A stretch of 64,000 nucleotides of DNA, taken from contig OX597819.1 of assembly GCA_951406725.2 (NCBI GenBank), positions 64,418,001 to 64,482,000 of the forward strand. Reading direction: 5' to 3'. This DNA is from Octopus vulgaris (lineage: Eukaryota). How positions within the stretch are numbered: position 1 is the stretch's first letter; every line of letters begins with the position of its first letter. The notes beneath the pieces are model-generated. The model ran no database searches, was not told the DNA's origin, and saw only the letters and a list, made by a program, of their open reading frames with translations. This document shows, piece by piece, positions 53,184 to 64,000 of the stretch. Made by a program: the position numbers and the translations under genes.

Positions 53184-54755
53184 ATAGACAGTGGTGTATT
53201 CCCTAATGAGCAAAAGGGATATAAACGTGGTTGTAAAGTTCATCTACTCATCAATAAGTTGATATTGGAAGATTGTCACAAACGACACAAAAACTTGTCG
53301 ATAGCCTGGATAGACTATAAAAAAGCTTTTGATAGTCTACCACAGAGCTGAATTTAGAAATGCCTGGAAATGTATAAAATAGAACCTACTCTGCGAAACG
53401 TTTTGTCTGTAAGTATAAGATCATGGAGAACCACAATGACTTTGAACAGTGACACTGTTATAAAATGTTTGATAAAAAATATAAATCATCTCTTTTACAT
53501 GGAAGATTTAAAGCTCTGTGCCAAAAATGACCAACAACTACAGGACTTGCTAACGATTGTTAAACAATACTTTGATGATATTAGGATGCAATTTGACCTG
53601 GATGAATGTGCAAAAGCTACCTTTATCAAAGAGAAAATGACAGAAACGTTAACTTTGACCAGCAGAATGTCATAAAGGAGTTAGAACCAGTACCTAGGGA
53701 TATTTGAAGGGTACGGAATCAAACATTCCTTGATGAGGGAAATGTTTAGAAGAGAATGTTATTGCAGGGTAAGTGCAATACAGAAGACAGAGCTGAATGC
53801 AAGAAACAGGATCGAAGCGATCAATGCTTTAGCCATACCAGTCGTGACTTACAGTTTCAATATCATTAACTGGTCAATTACTGAAATCTGTAATCTTGAC
53901 AGACAAAATACGAAAACTGTTGATAATGCATATAATGCACCACGCTAAGGCAGATATAGAACGACTTTATCTGCCAAGAAAAGAAGGAGGCAGTGGACTT
54001 TACAACTGGACTTTTACAACTGGAATTAATAATGAAGACTGCCACAATTGGCCTGGAAACCTACCTGAAAACCTCTGAGGAGTGGATGTTAAAACTTGCC
54101 CCAAAGCATGAAAACAAGAAAGCATTAAATTCAGTAACAAAACAGTCAAAATTATATCTAAGTGAATTCCTAATGCAACAAATTCCAGAATTAGGTGGAA
54201 ACAAGCAAAGAAAAAACGAAGCTTATCAAAACCCGTGATAAAACTGTTGCCTTAGATATTCTTAATGATAAAGGGCAAGAAATAACCTCTCAATGGCAAA
54301 TACCCAAAGAGAGCTAATAATGCCGATCTTGACAAAGCCCTGACCCATCAATGGTTAATGGCTTCTGGCTTAAAATCAGAAACAGACATGTTTATCAGAG
54401 CAGCCCAAGATCAATGCCTATTTACAAGAAACTACCAGGCCAATCGGCAGCTGTCCAACATGTCGTGTATGTCAACAGCAAAATGAAGCCATTAATCATG
54501 TGGTCCCGATGTGCAGACTTCTTGCGCCTACAGAGTATTTCAACAGGCATGATAGAGCTGCGCAATATATTCACTGGGTAATTTGCAAAACCCTGGACCT
54601 GCCCCATGATAAAAAGTGGTGGGAACATAATACACATCCAGTGCTTGAAAATGATCACATTTCACTCTTATAGAACTTCACCAATCAAACTGATAGAACG
54701 ATGGATGCAAATACACCAGATATTTACTGAAAGACTTCAGACAAAAAAAGCATGC
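53184..54755 (+). pseudogene. Decayed R4/Dong-like LINE ORF (RT to RLE), head-to-head with the previous fragment across (TTC)n
   Basis: [20 protein letters not shown]; INHLFYMEDLKL; AINALAIPVVTYSF; HHAKADIERLYLPRKEGG; many frameshifts. Confidence 0.88.
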
Positions 54756-54764
54756 CTCATCACT

Positions 54765-55000
54765 GCCTCTTATTCAGTGACATTTTGAGCAGGAGAGGCT
54801 ACTCGACCTGAAGAAAATTCTAACTGGGTTTCACCTGCAAGATCATGTTTGTCTTGATGTGGGATCATCATGTCACACACATACGGTTGTGAGGCATGTG
54901 CCTGGTGTACCCTTATCAGACGTGTAGTCATGATGGGTATACTGGACTTTGTATATTTTACCCCAGTGTCTATTTGGTGGCATGCACTGCACTTTCACTC
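54765..55000. mobile_element. Family E distal part
   Basis: Matches 18310-18540; followed by (AAT)n. Confidence 0.8.
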
Positions 55001-55042
55001 AATAATAATAGTAATAAGAGTAATAGTATTATCAGCAGCAAC

Positions 55043-55085
<43 letters not shown>

Positions 55086-55390
55086 ATGGTAATGGCGATG
55101 ATGGTAATGGTGTTGGTGTTGGTGTTGGTGGTAGTGGTGTTGTTGTTGGTGGTGGTTGTAATGAGAGAAACACCAGCAGAAGCCTCCACAAGTAAAGCAA
55201 TGATGAAGCATATAGGAGGCACACTATCATGATGAGGATGATGAAGATCTTCTTCTTCTTCTTCTTCTTCTTCTTCTTCTTCTTCTTCATTTTCTCCATC
55301 CTTTTAGTTGTAGTAGATTTATAAGAAGTTGTACGGTTGGCTATAGCGGTAGCGTCAGCAGCACAATCTATGGTAGTAGTAGTAATAGTA

Positions 55391-55445
<55 letters not shown>
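55001..55445. repeat. Compound trinucleotide tract (AAT/AGT/GGT/TTC)
   Basis: Direct reading. Confidence 0.92.
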
Positions 55446-55838
55446 AATGTCGATAAGAGTGAGAAGTAGTTTTCTATGATTATTAACGTTGCTGCCGTGT
55501 ATATTAAGATTAATGTTGAGTATTTTTGTATCATCAATCAATTTTATTGTTTATTTATTATATTTTTAATTTCCAGTAATGCATGCATTGGTTATAAAAT
55601 CGATACATTCGATCGATACATATGTTCTGACGTGACCGCAACACCTAGAAAGCCTTGTAACGTAATTTTCTAATTATGTTAATAGACATGATAACGAGGT
55701 CACAGCAACAAAGATATTACATGACTACATAAAATAAAGAGGAATCGCCAAAAAAAATATAATAAACATTAAATAATAAAAATAATAAAATAAATGCATA
55801 ACACACCTCCACTAGTAGCTACAACAGTAACAAATATA

Positions 55839-55901
<63 letters not shown>

Positions 55902-56204
55902 ACTACTACTACTACTACTACTAATACTACTTCTCAGTTTTTAATAACATTTTAGTATTTGCCACTGCAATGCAACAAGAATTGTGGATATTTTAAAATA
56001 AAATGCAAACAATTTTCGATTGTTTTATATATATATATATATTTATATATGTGTGTGCGTGTGTAATATATGTGGTAATTATATTACAGATAAATTCCTC
56101 TATTTCCATAACATCGAGGTCTCATTCATTCCTTTGTTGTCTTACCATTACTATTAATATATAGATATAACTATGAATTAACTATTTCTTAACCATCCTT
56201 TAAC

Positions 56205-56320
56205 ACCTTCTCCGATGAAGAGATATAATAAATATCCTGGAAACAGCTGTAGACCCTCTACCTATAAATGTTCTAAAATCTACACAGCCTTAGTTTTTTA
56301 ATCTTATTACGAAAAAATGT
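56205..56320 (+). mobile_element. Paralogue of the 32290-32400 element with hammerhead core (stem I eroded), ending in (TA)n
   Basis: CCGATGA(56212) AGAGATAT AATAA ATATCCTG GAAA CAGCTG TA..TATAAATGTTCTAAAATC. Confidence 0.7.
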
Positions 56321-56694
56321 ATATATATATATATATATATACTACCATATATATATACTACTACCAATACTAATTATGTATATACTTTATATATATGTTT
56401 TCTAAACCAGTCTGAATGTCAGTACTTACTTAAAACGCAAATAAATCCTTTAGACTGAACGTAGTTTTTGCTTGGCACTTCAATTTTCGGACCGCTCTCT
56501 GGATGCTGGAATACGATATCGACAATGTGCTTATTGAAATTCTCAACGAAGACACGTGGGCAAATAATCATAACTCTTTATAAGTATCAGTGTAAGGATT
56601 TATAATTTTCTAAAAGATTATCCGTTTTAGCTGGGATTATTTTGCTAAGTAATAATTGCCCTTTAGGAATATGGTAATACTGATGACAATGATA

Positions 56695-57425
56695 ATCCTT
56701 TCTACTAAAGGCACAAGGCCTGAAATTTTGGGAACATCCGATTACATCGACCCCAGTGTTTCACTGATATTTAATTTATCGACCTCGAAGGATGAAAGGT
56801 AATGTTCACCTTGGCGGAATTTGAACTCAGAACATAGAAACAGGCGAATTACTGCTAAGTATTGCGTCCAGCGTGCTAAAGATTCTGCCACCTTACCACC
56901 CTCAAAGCTGATAATAAAATTGGCTCGCAAATTTGGAGGAGAACTGAAAGACGATAGCATCGGTCTCAGTATGCAAAGTGTGTTCTATTTTATCAATCTT
57001 GTAAAATTGACAGACAAATTTAACAGCGACATAATTCGAACTCAGAACAGAGACCCAGAAGAAATAACGTAAATCTTTTTTCCGACACTGTAGCAATCTT
57101 ACCACCCACCAACTTGAGATATTATAATAGTAATTATTTAAAATAATTAACACAAGGGCAACAATGAATGTGGCGGTTAGACGATCTCATCGTCCCCGTT
57201 AATCGACTGTGACTTATTTTCTTTTCTACTCTAGGCACAAGACCCGAAATTTAGGGGGAGGGAGCCAGTCGATTAGATCGACCCTAGTACGCAACCGCTA
57301 CTTAATTTCTTGACGCCGAAAGGATGAAAGGCAAAGTTGACTGCAGCAGAATTTCAGCTTAGTACGTAAAGACATGAAATGGCGCTTAGCATTTTTGTCG
57401 GCGTGTTAACAACTCTTGTAGCTCA
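56695..57425 (-). mobile_element. Cluster of three SINE B copies (56695-56900, 56920-57060, 57220-57425)
   Basis: GGCACAAG..GGATGAAAGG..GAACTCAGAAC words. Confidence 0.75.
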
Positions 57426-60154
57426 TTGATGAGCATATGTAAATGAATAGTAGCAGGAAAGACAGGTACAGTAGTAGGATGGGGGTGTTTAAATTAATGG
57501 TAATTACATGTTGTTGATTAAGGATTTCAGTATAACCATCCATAATAAGATTACTCCTCTTTTCGCAATAGTTGCTTTATTCCAGGATTTATATAATAGT
57601 CACTGATGGCGGTCAGATGTTAGAATCCCTAGGGCATCGGACGAAGTATTTAGTAGATTCCCTTCGGCTTTATGAGCTGAGTTCCACTGATCCCAGGACC
57701 AAATTTGCCTAAACTGTGTACCCGTCGATAAGTAGGATTTATAAATCTACTTAGCCGTTACGCGTGAAATTGCTGACATTGTGCCAAAAAATGAAGCCAA
57801 TTTTTATATAGTCGTTAACCTGCTTATTTACATAACTTAGCCGCAATTGTTTCAGAATGTGTATTTCAAACTTAGCCTGTAACCAGATTCCCTATAACGT
57901 TGACGTTCCGCATGACAATGCAAGCTAACTATGTAAATGTGAATTTACAGACCATCAGATAAAACGCTTTACTTGTGACATTATTTTCTATGAAGAATGG
58001 AAAGAGTATATTAATAATGGTAATGGACTTAACAAACGTCTATATCGTGTTACTAAAGCAAGCTGAGAAGTTAATTACTTGCAGCGACTTAGCTGTTGAT
58101 TTAAAATATTTAGGCATTGAACTCATCTGTAATTGGAAGACCGATATAATGACAGTCTATAAACCCGTGTGCAGAATAACTTATTAGGATAGATATAGAT
58201 ACGTCGCAGGAAAAAGCAATACTAATTTCTGTAAATATTTAAAGAGATTTACATATAATGTGTATTAACCACGGACATGTAGATACACGTTAGACATGAA
58301 ACACATAAATCTTTTTGATATAGGAGAAAAAGACATGACGGATTCAAATGTGTCAATAAAACTGCTGCTACTGCTGGTAATGATGATGATGATAATGATG
58401 GTGTTGATGATAATGATGATGATGACAATGTTGCTTTTATTTGCCAGCGAGGTGTGTAACGAAAGAGATTTTCTTAAAGCAGTATGCATTATGTGTCTTA
58501 GTACACATAAAAATCAGGTGCGATAAGTATGAAAGGCCAGCAATAACAAAATCTGGGTTGGCCAAGGAAAGAGAAAAACATATATGATATACGGATACAT
58601 GGAAGATATAATTCAACTTGGATAGAGGAAAAAATTTTAGTGTAGATTCTTCCTCCTTAAACCTATTCGCCAATATCACCTATATTTGGTTCAGTTTACA
58701 GAGAGAGCATTTCACTTTCTGCATTAATATTCCTTTTCAAGTTGAACATTCAAAAGCTTACAATGCTTAATAGCAGAAACATGCTTGCTCCCAATCCATC
58801 TGAATCTATCTACTACACAGCCCCTTTCACCATACATACCAGACAAGAAACATGTGCTTACGCAGCCTTATAAAAGCAGTACAATGTAATAAGATTCAGA
58901 GTGAACGCAGTAAATGGCCGGAATCGTCTTACAAATGAAAAGTCAGAACTACAGGTCACTGCCTATATGCTCAGAGAACATTTCCTTTGCCAAGCGCACA
59001 TCTTGGACAATCCCATCAGATAATATTTCGTATCCTGTAGCTTTTGTCGCGAGCATGTCCCTAGAAATGAAGTTTAAGACAACCTGGTCCCAAGGAGCAA
59101 CGATAAAACGGTGAATTATGAGTGAGGCCTGTAAGCCAAACCTACCCCTGTTAAACCTTTCTGGGATAGCTTCTTTTCACCCCATTTATAGGTGTGCTTA
59201 CCTATCCTGCTTGATACATCACTCTCTTACCTGTCCAAATGGAGGTTTGGACATAACTTTTCTTTTCACAACGCTGCCTGACTGCTCACAAATACACCAT
59301 CATGCATCTAATTGCAAGCCCCACGACTTCTCAAGATATGTGTTTGCTCCTGCTATTTCTTCGTATTCCTTTAGAACAGAAGAGAGAAAATCCGTCTTCG
59401 AGATATTTATTTTCGGAGGATGGAGCTTGTCCTTTTCGGCTGCTTTTCTCCATTGTGTTAACACCACTAAGCAATTTTACTTAACCACAGTAACTATGGG
59501 TATGAAACACAAAATAGCAAATAATAACCAGCTGAACAGGTGCAGTCTGAATGATGGCTATATATTCTTTTACCCATTATTGTAAAAATAACTTCAATGA
59601 TGATATTAGATTTGAGTCTGGCTTTTACGGTAAGCCTACGACTCTACAAATTGCAAAGGTAGAACAAATTCATATTTGTACTGGAAAGTTAGCAGAGAGC
59701 ATAAGATGTAAGCCTCTTGCAAATGGTATGAACACAAAACAAGGATTATGTGACTACACTATTGGAAATGCCATTACAGAGAGATGATCAACTCAGTGAA
59801 ATCAGACATTTCAGTGAAAACAAAAGCACAAACTCTATGCAAATCAAATGACGATAAAGTAAGACATTTAACATGTTAGTTACGGGCAGCGAAACATTGT
59901 CTGTCTCTCTATAAAGATTTTGATATTGAGGTACGCACAATGTGAGATATATTCACAAGAACAACGATGGTAGTGATCAAAATGTGGCAGGAGTAATTTA
60001 TCAAAACATTCCTTGGAGCCTTCCTCCTACAAGAACCCACAAAAGCAACACAGCGTGTATCAACATATCACAGTGTAATAAGTACATACATACTCGTATA
60101 TATATACACATAGATCTCTCCCTCTCTCTCTCTCTTTCTCTCACAGACATACAC

Positions 60155-60190
<36 letters not shown>

Positions 60191-60239
60191 TTTAACAACA
60201 AACGTACACACACGCACACATACACACGCTAAAGTAAGG

Positions 60240-60510
60240 ACCTCCTTCATTCACGAATGGCCATGAGTTTGCATCTTGAAAGTTCAGGTCCGAGGCCAAA
60301 GTCAAGGCAAGGTTGTTTCGTGAAAGTCCCTCATCCTTCCATACATAGTAGCCTCCAAACTGCATGGAACCGATTTTGCCCAAGGGAAAGGCAAATACCG
60401 ATACAGCTTGGCACCGTTGACTTTGCAACTCATTTGCACATTTGAATGTACAGAAGCAACGTGAAGTCAAATGTTTCGGTGAATACACTTTATTTCTCAT
60501 CAGTCCTGTA
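60240..60510 (-). mobile_element. SINE family C (31655-type), degraded
   Basis: GGCAAGGTTGTTT..GGGAAAGGCAA..GCAACTCATTT..GCAACGTGAA. Confidence 0.65.
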
Positions 60511-61678
60511 CATTCGACTCTGGAAACAATTATTGTTTGATTTCTCCCTACGTGTAGAACCAAAATTTCCAGACAAATTCCAATATACTGAGGTGGTATT
60601 TGTTAATGAAATTCCAAAATAATGAAGGAAACCCATGTCTGCTGGTCACTATTAAGATAAAATCTTGCATCGAAATGTTTTATGTAATAAAGCGCAGTGA
60701 CGTGATAAATAACATGTTATATATTCAATTATCCGCATTGAAAAAGTAGATCGATAGCCTTATGAAAGTCATGTAAATTTGATTATGTTCCCCTATATTT
60801 GATGAAAATAAAATAAAATGATCACAATAAATAATTATTAAATTTAGATTATTAACAATAGCTATGTTATCAATTATTCTTCGAAAATCTACTTCATTGA
60901 TCTATGTAAAATACATTTCATAAAACGAAGAATTGTGTGTGAATATGAAGAGGGATACGATAATGAGCTTCGTTTATGACCAACATGAAAACGATGTTGC
61001 TTACCAGTGTATTACCTAACAGGCAGCGATATGCTTACATGAGTGTGAGCTGCATAAAAGTTCGGAATCAATCTAACATTATTCAATACAACGATTTGCA
61101 TTAAAAAAATAATGTGTTATCTTACCAAAATGAAAATCATATGCAAATTATAGTTTCATTATAACCATATAAATAAGTTAGTTAAATCAAATCAAACGGA
61201 GGGATACAGTTTCAATAAATCTAATTTTCACAGATTTGAGAAGAGACATACATTTTTGTTCCTGTTCTAATAGTACGCAAATGATCTTTTATTGTTGAGA
61301 ATTTGATATTGAGATAAATACTGACGTTGATAATAATATTACAAATTGTATAACGTCTAATTACTTCCGTAGGCCTCATTGAGTATACTGGTGATGGATT
61401 TAATAGGCAATTTTATATCAATGTCAAAAGAACTATGAATACAATTTTTCTCTGATTTCTGAATCAAGTACCTTGTGAACATCATTATTATTATTGATTG
61501 TAAGTGTCTCTGTTGAGTTGCTACCAGAATATGAAACAGTTTCAACTATAGTAAATCTGATACTAGATGACGTAGTAAGTTATAAGTAAGCAGCAGCAAC
61601 AACAACAACAACATAAATGACAGTCATAATACTTAGGAGAGTATTTTTCCTACTATCTAATCTGTTGTGTGTATATAA

Positions 61679-61743
<65 letters not shown>

Positions 61744-61810
61744 TGATGATAAAGGCTCTGATGCAGAACCAATGATCTGATGCAGTATAGCTGACCTTCT
61801 GCAGTATAAA

Positions 61811-62310
61811 AGCCCTGATGCAGTATCAGGCAGTGACTCTCATGGCTTCTGCTGTTGTGACTGGAAATGTTATCTGGTACATAGTTTTGTCTTGGCATAA
61901 AATATGGCTACAACAAATATTCTGCTCAGTACAAGACATTTGCTCGTCAGTTGTTTGACCTTAACCCATGGAGCATATCCCATAGTGGCTGACGATATGT
62001 GCATCTCTGATCATGAGTAGAAGTAGTGGGGGAGCATCATAGCCATGTGTCGAGAAGAATTCTTTGGGAATTGAATGATTTACCTTTGGAATCATGGGTG
62101 TTTTGTTCAACATCCGTAAACAACCCTTATTCAGGAACATTTTGAGCGGGGGATGCTACTCGATCTAAAGAAAATTCTAACTGGGCCTCATTAGCAAGTA
62201 ATGTGTTGTTTATGTTGATATGATATCCTCATGTTGCGCAAATATGGTTGTGATTCATGTGCATGGTGTACCCTTATCACACGGTAAGTCATGCTGGGTA
62301 TATTGGGCTA
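61811..62310. mobile_element. Family E copy in an (AAT)n context
   Basis: Starts AGCCCTGATGCAGTA as at 17985; preceded by reiterated CTGATGCAG words at 61757-61790. Confidence 0.85.
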
Positions 62311-62665
62311 TTTTGATGACATGAACCGCCCTCTGACACAATAATAATAATAATGATAATAATAATAATGATGATGATGATGGTGATGATGATGATGATG
62401 ATGATGAGGAGGAGGATGATGACGCTGCTGCAGCTGCTGCTGCTGATGATGATAGTGCTGATGATGAGGATAATGACTTTTATTTTTATTTCTATTGCTA
62501 TTAATATTTCTATGTTTTTTTTTTTATTTGATGAGAATACATTTACGTGGCTTCATCTTAATCTACATAAATAGTAGTTTATTTTGCTGCAAGATTCTTA
62601 CAGTTATGATTTTCGACACTAAACACACATAGACGGTGAAGAGGAGGGATAATATTGTAAAAATA

Positions 62666-63070
62666 GGCGTGTGGTAAGTAGCTTGTTTACCAACCACATG
62701 GTTCCGGGTTCAGTCCCACTGCGTGGCACCTTGGTCAAGTGTCTTCTACTATAGCCTCGGGCCGACCAAAGCCTTGTGAGTGGATTTGGTAGACGGAAAC
62801 TAAAAGAAGCCCGTCCTATATATGTATATATATATTATATATATTATATATATATGCGTGTGTGTGTTTGCGTGTCTGTGTTTGTCCCCCTAGCATTGCT
62901 TGACAACCGATGCTGGTGTGTTTATGTCCCCTTTACTTAGCGGTTCGGCAAAAGAGACCGATAGAATAAGCACTGGGCTTACAAAAGAATAAGTCCCGGG
63001 GTCGAGTTGCTCGATTAAAGGCGGTGCTCCAGTATGGCTGCAGTCAAATGACTGAAACAAGTAAAAGAGA
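62666..63070 (+). mobile_element. SINE family A, best-preserved copy
   Basis: GGGTTCAGTCCC B-box, internal (TA)/(TG), tail GACTGAAACAAGTAAAAG. Confidence 0.9.
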
Positions 63071-64000
63071 AAAAAGAGAAAGACAAAAAAACATGTAAAA
63101 ACAGTCGCTGCACTAACAGAAATTGCAAGTAATTGTATATAACATCAATAACCACTTGAACGGATATGTTCTGTGCTCTTTCTGTTTGGCTTTGCATCAT
63201 TAGAAATTTTTCCGTATATCATTAGAAGAAGAACATGCGTTCTCTGGATTGCCCATAATATGAATATCCCTATGATGTTCTCGAAGCATTTAAAGGTAAA
63301 TTAGGTTTTAAAACCTTCAACGTAGTTTTAAAATCTCAAAACTGGATGCTGTTTCCTGGCAAATTGCCAATATGCGACGGATTTAACTGTCTTCTATCGT
63401 TAGTAATGTTTTTTTGCTAGTTTCTTAATTCAATCATGAATTGATTACACGAAGTAGTATGTTCATAGATATTTCTAGAAATATAATCAGTTAATTAGAA
63501 TTTCAAATCGATTTCCGTCGTTACAATTTTGTAATGTGTAATACGAAGCAGAGTTCTCTGTCGCGACTTGTAAATCAGATAAGTAATATCAATTAATTTT
63601 TTGTATGCAAAAATACTACAATATTTTATGTTTGCACTTAACTAGGGGAATGTCTCTGTATCCATCCAAACTTATTACTTCATAACTCTAAGCAATATCT
63701 GCCGTCTGCATTCGATAATTCACAATAATTCACTACCATGATACCAGTTTAAATACCTTTACTTGTCTTGGGGGAATGTTATATATATGTCATTTCATTA
63801 GCTAATACCTCCCCTACCACACCTTTTGTTGTCCTATCTTTTCTAACAACTTAATGCTTATATTACTTACATATATGAGTATGAAGTCCTCATCTATCTT
63901 ATTCAGTAAGCTTTTTTTTTTACAACCAATTTGAATTCCTTTGTAAAAATATTTAAGCATTAGCTTTTTATAATGTGTATTTTTCATGAAATCTGGTTAT

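Overview
AT-rich, microsatellite-saturated eukaryotic non-coding DNA (intergenic or deep intronic). The repeat repertoire resembles an Octopus (coleoid cephalopod) genome; this is from recall of the repeats, not a search. No host protein-coding gene could be supported, and almost all listed ORFs are artefacts of (TA)n/(CA)n/(AAT)n/(GAT)n repeats. The window holds over 20 tRNA-headed SINE copies from about four modular families, decayed R4/Dong-like RLE LINE pieces next to (TAA)n or (TTC)n, Tc1/mariner, maT and Tigger-like relics, a complete 512-bp non-autonomous Helitron, a long-TIR MITE with internal telomeric repeats, and a Penelope-like element (GIY-YIG) with an inverted terminal repeat. 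The main hidden signal is a set of minimal type-I hammerhead ribozyme motifs in several unrelated, mostly (TA)n-anchored short elements (907, 2695/2515, 32350, 37172, 44228, 56207). Several carry a CCGANGA core variant, a palindromic stem III and a non-Watson-Crick stem II closing pair, and several sit inside fold-back inverted duplications.
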